Shown: piece by piece, positions 33,724 through 44,620 of the stretch
How positions within the stretch are numbered: position 1 is the stretch's first letter
Layout of the letters: every line of letters starts with the position of its first letter
Source: Felis catus
Taxonomy: Eukaryota
NCBI RefSeq assembly: GCF_018350175.1
Contig: NC_058383.1
Location: forward strand, 8,930,001 to 8,994,000
DNA length: 64,000 nucleotides
Direction of reading: 5' to 3'
Made by a program: the position numbers and the translations under genes
Notes under the pieces: generated by a model
What the model saw: the letters and a program-made list of their open reading frames with translations, nothing else
Told to the model about the DNA's origin: nothing
The model's database searches: none

Positions 33724-36700
33724 GTGAGCGCCAGCCCCGACCAGGGGGGCGGCTGCGGGTGCCAGGGGCTGGCTTCCGGGCCACACTGCCTGGCTGCCTG
33801 CCCTCCTCCATCCTTCATCTGTGGCCCCTGGGTGGCTGGAGCCTCCCAGACAGGGTGACCGTGGCACAGAGAGGGTGCCTGAAATGCGTTGGTCCCCAGT
33901 GCTGCCCAGCCCCTGCTGGCCGGCCCTTTTCTGACCCTTTTCAGGCTTTGAAAGCTGAAGTTCTCGCTGTCACCAGCATTGCTGCTCACCTGAGTGCACC
34001 CGGCCCCTCCCCGACATGGGGGCTCTCCATGGGAGCCCCGGGGGGGCAGCTATAGGCCTCCTCCAGGGGGCACACCTGCCCTATTTGGAAAGTGGGAAGC
34101 ATTGTAGTAACAGCGGCCCACTTTCCAAGGGCATGCGCCCGCCCAGGCCTAAGCCTGGTGCGCAGTCTCATCCCCCGCCAAGACCCCTGCAGGGTGGGCA
34201 TCGTGGTCCCCAGGTCACAGAACAGAGAACAAAGGAATGCTCAGAGAGGAGGTGTGGCCTGCCCAAAGGCACACTGCTGGTGGGTGGCAGAGCCGGGCTA
34301 ATTATACCCACCACCCTGGTGGTCCCTAGAATGAGGGAGCGTGGAGGTGGGAGCCGCGTGTGTGCTAGGAGATTCGGAAAGGTGGGAGGTCGTGCTGCTG
34401 CAGCAGCTGGCAGCATCCCCAGGAACCACCCAGGCCCTCAGCCCCCACCCCAGGCCTACTCTACTCCCAGGCACCTTTAGTCACCCTGAGCCTCTCGCCT
34501 TCTCCATCTCCCGGTCTGTCTCTCCCCACTGCCTCCTGTCCTCTCTCCACTGGAGGTACAGGGCGTGGGCTCCCCAAGGCTCGGTGCCCACGAGCTGCGT
34601 GGACTCTGGAGAGGTGACTTTCCAGGGACACGCTTGCTCCCTGAAGAGCTTTCTCCTTGAGTCCAAGGACCCCGACTTCCCGAGGGTTTTTTCCCCTGCC
34701 AGGCCCCCACCGTTAGGCCCCTGAGAGAAATCACTGACCACTCTGCCCAGCTCCACCGCTTGTCAGACAGACCGAGGCCTGGCAAGTGGGGGAGGGGGGT
34801 GGGGCTTGCCCAGAGTTGCCCAAAGGGCAGGGGCAGAGGCCCAGGGCTCCAAAGCCTCTGGGCCTGAGTGGCAGTCACAGCTGCCTGGCCATAAATAGCA
34901 GTGTCTGCAGCCCTTGGGGGGAGGACGTACAGGAGATGAGGCCTCTCTGTTAGTCTCTCTGGAGCCCACCATTCACCACTGACAGAGGGCAGAGCTCCTG
35001 AAGGGTCACTTTCCCAGCTCTGAGAAGGCAGACGGGTGGGTTCCTAGCCCCTGATCTGGCCTCAGACCCTCCTTTTTCCAACGAAGTGTTTGTGAATTCA
35101 GAAGTGAACCCCATAGAAGGTAGATAATACTATGGTCAGGGCTCAGGTCAGGTTCCCCAAATGTGTTGGCTCCCAGGGTGTGTGAGCCCCACAGGGCATC
35201 CCTGCTGACACCCCTTCCCAATGCCTTTTAGTCCTGTTCACCCACCCCTGGGCCTCCTGCTTCTGGAGGCCTAGCTGCACCCTTGGAGCACAGGAGCACG
35301 GAGTCCGCAGGCTCAGGGACTTTTTCCTGGGATCCTCAGACTTCCCTCTCACAGCCCCATGAGTCAAGTCTCTGGCCTCCTGCTCCCTCATCCTGCAGGA
35401 AGTCTCCTAGACCTCAGGTCCCCCCCACCATAGCCCTTTGCCAGGCCAGCCCTGGGGGCCCAGGGAGCAGTGGGCCTGGCCCGTGCTGTTGGGGAGCCAT
35501 CAGGAAACCTGTATATGCAGGACTAGACGGTCAACTTCAGTGGGGCAAGCGTTGGACACTCTGGGGGCCCTAAGGAGGGGAAGCTCGGGCTGCAGAAGTG
35601 TCCACCAGGAGCAGAGGCCCCGGGACGGGCCTCTCCGGAGGCACACGAGCTGAGTGAGCAAAGGCTGGAGGTGCGACACAGCCTGACAGCTCTGGCCAGG
35701 GAAGAGGAATGGGGAGGTGTGGCTGGAGTGGGGTCAAAGGCCACTGGGCCAGGACAGACGCAGTTCAGATGCCAGGCAGGGGAATCCAGCTGAAGCCCCC
35801 AGGCCAGGCCTGCTCCACTGCAGGACCACACGCCCCTGCTCCACTGGCTGGCACTGGTCAGCCGAGGCCCTCGGTCCCTGCTCCAAGTCCTGCCAGCGTG
35901 CACCCGCTGGATGGCAGCCAGTGCTACCAGGAATTCCCATCAGCCTGCCCACCCAGCATGTGGCCCTTCCCTTTCCTCCTGAGAAAGTCCCTATTCTGGA
36001 GCCCAAGCCCTGCCGGGAAGCCCAGTCTCAAGCCAGCCCGGGGGGACTTTAGGGCCATGGCCAGGAGCTTTGGAGCAGAGTGGGGCGGGGCCAGGCACAG
36101 GGTGGTCCTCCCCCGGAGACCTGATGGCTCACCTTGGTTAAACCCCACACTGGTCCCTTTTCCTCCCCCCGGGGACATGGCCCTGCCCAGCTCCGGGAGC
36201 CCTGTTTTAAGTCAGGGACTCCAGAGCCAGGCTCTGGAAAGTCTAGTCTAAAGGGGGAGACGAGCATTTTTTCCCTAAATGAACTAAGACAGACCAGAAG
36301 ATCCCTCCCTCCATCACACACAGTCAGGGGGAATATTGTCTGTCAAACGTTCGTTTCAGAGATATTTTTACCTCAGCATGTATGTGCCGGGTCACGATGT
36401 CAAATCTATTTCTTACTATGGGTCAAGGTCAAAAATGTGAGAACCACAGATGTGGTGGGTAGAAGGGCAGCCTGGGTGATTTTCCCCTGAGGGCTCAGAG
36501 GTGGGAGACTCCGGTGTCAGCTCCAGCTGTCTGTGACTTGCCCTGTAACTATGGGGGGAGGTCCCTTGTTTCCCAGAAACCCCCTCAATGTAGCCATCGG
36601 TGGAAAATGGAGTTCAGAGCACCTCTGTGCCCAGGGCTGCTCTGACCTCCGAGAGGTGGGAGGGCAGCGAGGGTGTCAGAAGGCCCCGGGTGACTCTCTC

Positions 36701-36725
36701 ACCGCCCCTTCCCCTGGTCTCCCAG

Positions 36726-36827
36726 GCCTCCAGGCCCAAGGTCAGCATCCCTCTCTCGGCCATCATTGAGGTCCGCACGACCATGCCCCTGGAGATGCCA
36801 GAGAAGGACAACACGTTTGTGCTCAAG
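36726..36827 (+). CDS. SH2B2: SH2B2 PH-domain exon ([34 protein letters not shown])
   Basis: cccAG acceptor, AAG|gtgag donor, 102 nt. Confidence 0.97.
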
Positions 36828-38539
36828 GTGAGCCCCACCCCCAACCTCACAGATCCTCTGGCTGCCCCAGGCCACCTCTGCTGAGGGCCTCTGCTGAGGC
36901 CGCTGCCGGGGTGGGGGTGGGGGGGCTGCGGGTGGTGAGGGTAAGGAGCCAGCAGCAGGGCACGGGGAGGCAGCCCTGCTGGGGAGGCCCAGGACCCTAC
37001 CCCGATGTCTAGCACACAGCTAGGACTCGAACCCAGGCCTGGGCTCTAGCACCGTGGGCTCTGGGTGTCACCCACCATCTGCCCCCCCGCCCCATTCCCA
37101 TTTCCTCCTGAACCCTTGAAGCTCCTCTGAGTTTCACTTCCTCGCCTCCCTTCCCCAACTGGAACCAGCATGTCCCCACCCCGTAGTCTGCAGCAGTTAT
37201 GCAAATGCCCCTGTCGCAGGGCACTGGAGTGTGGGAACCTGCCTGGCCCCACGGAGGGCACAAAGGCATTGAGGGTGGGCGGGAGGGGCACCCCAGTGGG
37301 TCTGGGGGCAGCTCGTCCTTTTTCCCAGGCTCCACGGTACCAGGGTGGCCCGCTGGGGTTGCTGAGGACACAGCTCCAGGCTGCCAGCGCTGTGGCCCTG
37401 TGCCTCCTCAAAGCACTGGAGGGTGTTTGTGAGGCCAAGTCCCCAAGGAGGCCCGGTTCCACCCACCCAAAGCTACATGAAGCTCCCACCCCCCTCTCTA
37501 GGCTCCTCGTCGGGTTTATGTTTTACTTGGCCCTGTTTGTTCAGTCACAAACTCCCTTATTCGTTTAGCAAATGTTTGCCAAGCCCCTTCCCTGAGTCAC
37601 CCCAGGCCAGGGGCTGAGAAGGTAGTCCCTCCCTGCCTGGCATTCTTGTCTGCTGGGCAAGACAGGCCCAGAGCCTCACTCCTGACAGCTGGCTGGCCAC
37701 CGTGCTTCTGACTGTGCCTGGGAGCCCTGAGGCAGAGGGGCTCACCTGCCAGCTCCGCTCTGGGCCTCAGTTTCCCCATCTGTCGAGACAGGACTTAAAA
37801 CCCCACCACCACCACCAGCTCTAAGATGCCGGGAGTCTGCAACTGCTTTTTAACCGAGACGCACACACTGCAGGCTGAGAGCTCGGGGCCTTGGCATCAC
37901 GGAAATCTGGGGTCAGGTCCCAGCGCTGCCACTGAGTGCTGGTGTGAACAAGTCAGCTGACCTCTCTGACCTTCAGTCTTCGCCATCAAATGGGGAAAAC
38001 ATACCACCCCCCTCACAGGGCTGCTGGGAAGAGGTGCTCAGGTGACGGATGTGCAGAATTGCACTTTGGACCACAGCAGGGGCTTCCTCCTCCTCTCTGC
38101 CCCTCCAGGCGCTAAGGTGTGGGAGCCCCTCGACTCGATGTGCTAGGCCAGCTGGCCCTTCATTCACTTAAGGGCTGTGACAGTCTTTTACTCCATCTCT
38201 GGGGTGCCAGGGTACGTCCCTTCCTTGGCCAGCATGGCTTCCTCAGAGGCTGCGTCCCCAGGGCCCAAGGAACTGTGGTCAGCAGGGCTGGACATCGCCC
38301 CGGGTGATCCCCACTGGCAGGCTCTGGAGGGAGGGGCTGCCAAAAGTGTGGCCAAGGCTCCACCCCAGGACCCTGACCTGGGCTTGGGGTGCTACCCGAT
38401 GGTGACCCCGCTGTTTTCCCTGCTGCCCGCACCAGTGAGCCCCCGTGATGGAGGGGTGGGATGAGCCATTTGTCCCGGAGTCTGGAGCCCTTGGCTGAGG
38501 GCACTAACAGACCGGGACTCCTGGCTACCCCCTCCCCAG

Positions 38540-38631
38540 GTAGAGAATGGAGCCGAATATATCCTGGAGACCATCGACTCACTGCAGAAGCACTCGTGGG
38601 TGGCTGACATCCAGGGCTGTGTGGACCCCGG
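38540..38631 (+). CDS. SH2B2: SH2B2 exon ending the PH domain (VENGAEYILETIDSLQKHSWVADIQGCVDPG)
   Basis: cccAG acceptor, GG|gtgag donor, 92 nt, phase 0 to 2. Translated by hand. Confidence 0.96.
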
Positions 38632-39927
38632 GTGAGTGCCCCAGGTGGCCCTCAGATGGGTAGATGGGGTGGGGGCCTGGCTGGGTAGTACCCTTGGTCC
38701 CCCCCAGGGGATGAGGTTTCCAGCGAGGGCAGGGGCTGAGCTTGGAAGCTGGGCTTTGCTCATGGCAGTCCTGTCCATGTTGGTGCTGCCGGCCAGGCTC
38801 ACGTCGTTCCCCACCCCCAACAGGCTCTTTGAAGCCTACTGCACAGGGCCAGGGCCTCGGGACCTGGGAGAAGGTTAGACTGATGCTTGTCCCCACTCCA
38901 GGGTAGTCTGAGACCACTAGGAGATGGGCAGTGATGGGGAGAGCCCAAAGGGCCAGGGGTGGGGGAACAGAGGCAAGGCCCCGAACCCAGCCCTGGGGCT
39001 CAGAGAAGGCGTGCTGGTAGAAGGACTCACCTCTTCTGAAATGTAAAGGAAGAGCAGGCCTGAGCCAGGCAGAGGGGACTGCTCGGCCAAAGGTGTGAGG
39101 TGTGTGAGCGCCTGGGACTTGCGGGGAATGTCGAGGCCTCCGGGTTGCTGGAAGTAGAGTTGATGAGGGCGACTTTGATGAGAGCCTGGGAAGTTGGGGG
39201 CAGCGGGGAGCCATGGCTAGTCATAGGCAGAGGGCAGCTACGGTCAGCTGTGTGGGGAGGAGCAGCAGGGAGGCTGGCTGCATGATCCAGGAGAGACTCT
39301 GAGGCCAGGAGTAGGAGGGGCAGGCTGGCCAACCCCGGAGCGCTTGGCAGCAGCTTGTCTGGCTAATGGGGTGAGCCAGGCCCGGGGGGAGGGGCTGCTG
39401 CTTTCTAATTAACAGCTTCATTTGAAGAAGCACAATTAAAGGCCTGAGTGCCTCCCAGGCCCCCCGATCCCCAAAGTGGCTGTAATCCCTCCCTTGCCAC
39501 CGTCCCAGCCATCTGGTCTGCAGACTCTTCCCCCAGCCCCTGTGAAGGTGACCCTCACTTTGCAGCATTTTCGAGCTGGCAGGGTCCCAGATGCCTCATG
39601 TCACACGGACAGGGAGACAAAGGCCGGGGCAGGGAAGGGAGCCGCCCGGGGCCCCGCCTACCACCGTGCCCTGCCATCGCCTGAGGGACACCCCCTGGGG
39701 TCCCAGGAGGAAGACTGCACCCACTTGGCGAGCCGTCCACATGGCCTAGTCATGTACATGGTGGCCAGACAGTGAGCTGATGGTGTGACAGAGGGACGTG
39801 GAGGCAGAGGGACCCAGGCCAGCAGGAGAGGGCTGCCGTTGTCAGCCGGGGCATGGCTCCCTGAGCAGCCGGTGGCTGGGGTCCGAGTCCCGTGGCAGGA
39901 CACGGTTGTGCTTTCCTGCCTTCACAG

Positions 39928-40019
39928 GGACAGCGAGGAAGACGCCGAGCTGTCCTGTGCCCGGGGAGGCTGTCTGGCCAGCCGAGTAGCCTCCTGCAGC
40001 TGTGAGCTTCTGACTGACG
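39928..40019 (+). CDS. SH2B2: SH2B2 exon (DSEEDAELSCARGGCLASRVASCSCELLTD)
   Basis: cacAG acceptor, G|gtagg donor, 92 nt, phase 2 to 1. Confidence 0.95.
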
Positions 40020-40101
40020 GTAGGTGGGGGCCGAGCTGGCTGGGGTATCGGAGGGCAGGGCCGGAGGGGGTGGGTGTTCCCGGACGGCCACTTCTCTCCA
40101 G

Positions 40102-40266
40102 CAGGGGACCTGCCCCGGCCCCCAGAGACAACGGCAGCCGTGGTGACAGCTCCACACAGCCGAGCTCGAGATGGCGTTGGGGAGTCCCTGGTCCACGTCC
40201 CGCTGGAGACCTTCCTGGAGACCCTGGAATCCCCGGGTGGCAGAGGCAGGGACAGCAGTAACACAG
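40102..40266 (+). CDS. SH2B2: SH2B2 linker exon (AGDLPRPPETTAAVV...HVPLETFLETLESPGGRGRDSSNT)
   Basis: CAGCAG tandem acceptor after an 82-nt intron, G|gtgcag donor, 165 nt. Confidence 0.94.
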
Positions 40267-40755
40267 GTGCAGTGGGTGTGGGGTTCTGTCCCCGGCCCTC
40301 CTTCCTGGACCCCCACCCCAGGCCGCAGAGGCCCCTGGACTCCCTCTAAGGCCATTCCTGAGCCTCAGAAGTCATGACATTTCACGCCACCGGGTCCAGT
40401 GCTCAACAACTCAGTAGGCAAGTCCTACTTGACCCCTCCCACGAGCCCTGGGTTCCATGGAACATGCTTGTAAAGGGTTGGAACCAGGAGTGGGGGACGA
40501 GGAGACTTGACTCGTTCCCAGGTTTGTTGCCGACTTACAGAGTGACTCCAGGATCATTGGTCGCCCTGTGCCTCAGTTTACCTCATATGCTGAACTAGTG
40601 GGTTGGGTTGGTGCCCTGCCCTGTTCTAAGATCATTCAAACAGCATTTTATGTGCAAATACCCAACAAGCTGTCGCATCACCTCTCATTTACTTACCCCC
40701 CGCCACCGCCTCCCGTCCACTCCCCCATGCCCCTCACGCTGTCGTCCTCTCCCAG

Positions 40756-40964
40756 GGGAGGAGGGAGCGGAGGCAGAGCCTGAGGCCGAGCCTGAGCTGG
40801 AACTCTCCGACTACCCCTGGTTCCACGGCACGTTGTCACGGGTCAGGGCAGCTCAGCTGGTGCTAGCGGGAGGACCCCGGAGCCACGGCCTCTTCGTGAT
40901 CCGCCAGAGCGAGACTCGGCCTGGGGAGTACGTGCTGACCTTCAACTTCCAGGGCAAGGCCAAG
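40756..40964 (+). CDS. SH2B2: SH2B2 exon, N-terminal half of the SH2 domain ([10 protein letters not shown]...[24 protein letters not shown])
   Basis: cccAG acceptor. Ends at a non-canonical AAG|gcaagt donor; the 209-nt length closes the frame. Confidence 0.96.
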
Positions 40965-43433
40965 GCAAGTCAGGGCAGGGGAGGTGGCGCACAGAGGCCG
41001 AGTGGCCGGCTGGAAGGGAGGGGTGCTAAGGAGGCGCCAGGAGCAGGCTCCGCGGTATAGGCACGCCCTCACCCCACCTTTTCCCCCCCACCCTTCTGAG
41101 GGCTGCAGTCAGCCCCAGATGTGGCTTCTTCATTGTCCACATGGGGAAGCCACCCACGTTTTGGCTGAGCCCACAGGAGGCCGGGCCCTTCTGAGAGTTT
41201 AAATTTGACCCTGTACCTTGTGGGTCGCTTACCACTGAGACTTCTGAGGGTCTCCACCACATTGGTGCAGAGCAGAGGTCAACCAAGGCCCTCCTGCCCC
41301 ACCCACCCCCACATGGCTCTCTTCTTCCCTGCTCAGGTCAGTTCCCCAAGCCCTCCCGGGCCCCGGCTCTGAGCCAGACCGGGGGCAGGCCCAGGGTCAC
41401 AGAACCGCATGCAGGTGGGGCCCTGAAGAGCCAGGCAGCAAAGGAGGAGGAGGAGGACTGGGCCACAGGGCTGCCATGCAGGGTCTTAGGGCCGGGGGGT
41501 GCTCCTGACCCCACCAGCCAGAATAAGGGATCAGTGACCCGAGGCATGCAGTGAATGGAGAATCCTCGAGGGGAAGGCGAGCAGAAGGGAGGTCCAAACA
41601 AGGCACAGCAAGGGAGTGGCCGTGCATCCAGATGGGGGGGCTCCTGAGGAAGGGTACTGTGTGCTAATAATGACCTAAAGTGCAAAGGAAAATATGACAG
41701 AACGTTGGGGCGGGGAGGGGTGGTTTGTGGCTACAATGTGACCAGAATGGGCAGGAACCCCATCCCACTCCCCCCAACCATCCCAAGTTTCCGATAAGGA
41801 AACAGACCTGGCCCCGGCTCCTCCCAGGACACGGTTCCCGTCAGTCCCTGCTGGAGGAGGGGGCACCCCAGGACTCCTGCTCCAGGCCTGCATTGGTGGT
41901 CAGTGCCCCAACCCCTGGTTGGCCTGCCACAGGCCCTCCCCCGGCTCCCTGGGCATCTCTCCTCGGCAGCGCCGGCCCCGCCATGAAAGAGACGGTGCCT
42001 CCCCGGGGGCACCTCCTTGGAAAGCAGCTGCCCTTCCCAGTTCCTCTGGCAACCAGGCACTTAACGCCCGTCCCTGGCAGCCTGAAGTTTACCTTGCGGG
42101 CCAGCACTGCCCCACACAGACTCCCCGGAGGGCCTGGGTCTGACTCCTACCCAAGCCAGAGGCTAGGACCGTGTCCGGCCCTCTGTGGGACATCAGTGGG
42201 GGGAGGGAGTTGGGAGGTGGTGAAGCAGAGTGGGAGGCTCCTCTCCTTCCGAGAGCGTGACCCAGCCTTGAACTCACCCCATCTGCTGCCCCGTCAGAGC
42301 AGGGTGACTGTCCAGCATTTGACGTGTTAGTCGTGGGATAGAGCAGGACCCCCAGCCTGCTGCTTGCACACCTCCTAGGAAGAAAGACCCCTGTCTCCCT
42401 AGGCAGCTCTCTCCATCTTTGGGTAATATGTCCCGAAAACTGAGATGCTCTGCCTGGTCCTCTACCCCCAAAGGCCCTGCCCAGACTTGAGGCTATAGTA
42501 GGACCCACTATGCTTTTCCTCTCCGGCTGAGCCCCTGCCCTAGGCTGCCATTGATGCTCCCTGGGTTCGCTCACACTGTTCTGGCAACTTCTGGCCCTGC
42601 TGAGCGGCAGAACTTCCTCACGGGGCTTCTCTGTCCTTTATGTAGGGGGCCAGGCCTGTTTCCTCTCCTGGGCGTACCCTGAAACCCTCCTGTTGATGGC
42701 TGTCTTGCTACACCCTCCCGCCACCCCCCAGACAACCACCCTTCCTCCTGTAGTACACACATTGAGCAAAATAAGGCTGAGGCCAGAGACCTGTGGCTCA
42801 CCACTAGAGACCACAGGCCTGTGTCTCCTCTCCCTGAGGCACCTGTCACATGTGGGCTCCTCTGGAGACCCAGGAGGAACCAGCGCTATCCCTCGTGCTT
42901 CAGGGGCTCCTGGGACAGCACAATTGGGAAGCAAGATGTGGTCGCTCCTCCCCAGCTGGACTCGGTTGTTTCTACCCTCTGGGCTTGGACTCTACAGGAA
43001 TAACAGCCGACTGCTCCCTGCTGGGGTGGGAGAATCACACAAATGAGTTCTCTTCCCAGCTGGGTGTCCTGTGACTGGGCGAGTCCCTCCCAGTGCCTCA
43101 GTTTCCCCATCTCTAACATGGGGGCTGTATCTCGACCCTCAAGGGCTAGTGGAGACGAGAGATGGGGCGTGAAGGGCATGATGTGGGTGCGTCTAGCACA
43201 GGGACAAACGCATGGCTCCCTTCAGTCCCAGCCTGGCTCTGTTGCCCTCCTTCCCCATCCTTACTACAGGGGTAACCCCCTAAGAGGGGGCTCACGTGTA
43301 CGGTGTCCCCGCTCTGACACAGCCCCATGTGGCCTCTTTGAGACCTCGTGTTCCCCGTGCCCCCCAGAGGCGCTTGCGAAGCCGCTGGCTAGTCCAGGAC
43401 CCCACCACTGACTATACCCACCTGTGTCCACAG

Positions 43434-43605
43434 CACCTGCGCCTGTCCTTGAACAGCCACGGGCAGTGCCACGTGCAGCACCTGTGGTTCCAGTCTGTGC
43501 TTGACATGCTGCGCCACTTCCACACCCACCCGATCCCACTGGAGTCAGGGGGCTCTGCAGATATCACCCTACGCAGCTACGTGCGGGCCCAGGGCCCCCC
43601 ACCCG
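43434..43605 (+). CDS. SH2B2: SH2B2 exon, C-terminal half of the SH2 domain ([40 protein letters not shown]...)
   Basis: Branch-point-like CTGAC, cacAG acceptor, G|gtaag donor, 172 nt. Confidence 0.97.
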
Positions 43606-44118
43606 GTAAGGCTCCCCCAGTGGGCCTGTGTAGACAGGTGGGCGGTGGGCAGAGGGAGTCACCCACAGGTGGGCGCGGCACTGCCAGTCCGGGTCGGAGG
43701 AGCGCCAGGTCTTGGGCGGTTGTAAGCACTCTGGGCCATCGGGGTTGGGAGGAGAGTGGCAGCCCGGGGCCAGGTCCGGAGTGATTCCGGGCAGGCGGAA
43801 GGAGGTCGCCCAGAGGCGGCGCTGCGGGGGTCCCTAGACGCCTGCACAGGTGGGGCTCGGCGCCGAGCTGCTGAGGGAAGTGTCGAGGGGGGTGGTGAGG
43901 GTGGCCAGCACGCGCAGGTTTGTGTGTACCTGGGACGTTAGGTACCCAGGGATGGGGGACCCGAGCCGGGAGACCTGAATGCGAGTCCCGGCCCCGGGTG
44001 TGATCCCAGGCTACCCGGCACTCCGCGTCCCCGCGTGACAACGCCGGGGCTGCGGAGGGCTGGGGGCGGCCAAGGGTGCCCGGCCGGGCCCTGACGCGCC
44101 CGCGCTCTCCCGCCGCAG

Positions 44119-44462
44119 CCCCGGGGCCCTCGCCCAGCGCCGCGCCCGCGCCCCCCGCCTGCTGGAGCGAGCCGGCCGGCCAGCACTACTTCTCCAGCCT
44201 GGCCGCCGCCGCCTGCCCGCCCGCCTCGCCCTCGGAGGCGGGCGGCGCCTCGTCCTCGTCCGCCTCGTCGTCCTCGGCCGCGTCGGCGCCGGCCGCCCCG
44301 CGCCCCGCCGAGGGCCCGCTGAGCGCGCGCAGCCGCAGCAACAGCGCCGAGCGCCTCCTGGAGGCGGCGGGGGGCGGCGCGGACGAGCCCCCGGAGGCCG
44401 CGCCCGGCGAGGGAGCGCGGGGCCGCACGCGCGCCGTCGAGAACCAGTACTCCTTCTACTAG
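44119..44462 (+). CDS. SH2B2: SH2B2 terminal coding exon ending RAVENQYSFY* (c-Cbl-binding phosphotyrosine motif)
   Basis: cgcAG acceptor, TAG at 44460-44462. Total CDS 1914 nt = 637 aa plus stop. Confidence 0.97.
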
Positions 44463-44614
44463 CCCGGCGCGGCGGCGCCAAGGCCCTGGGGCCCCCCCGG
44501 ACGCGCCGTGCGGCCGCCCCCGTACCCGTCCATCCCTCCGTCCAGCGGACCCGGCCGGCCCCAGCCCGGCGCTGGGTGGGAAAAGCGAAGCTCTTCAGTG
44601 AAGACATAAATGTT

Positions 44615-44620
44615 ATTAAA
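44615..44620 (+). terminator. SH2B2: SH2B2 poly(A) signal ATTAAA (CATAAA variant at 44605-44610)
   Basis: AT-rich patch in otherwise GC-rich sequence, about 150 nt after the stop. Confidence 0.75.

Noticed and set aside
32923..33989. 314-aa and 284-aa antisense ORFs over SH2B2 exon 2
   Set aside because: Shadow ORFs caused by extreme GC3 in the real exon.
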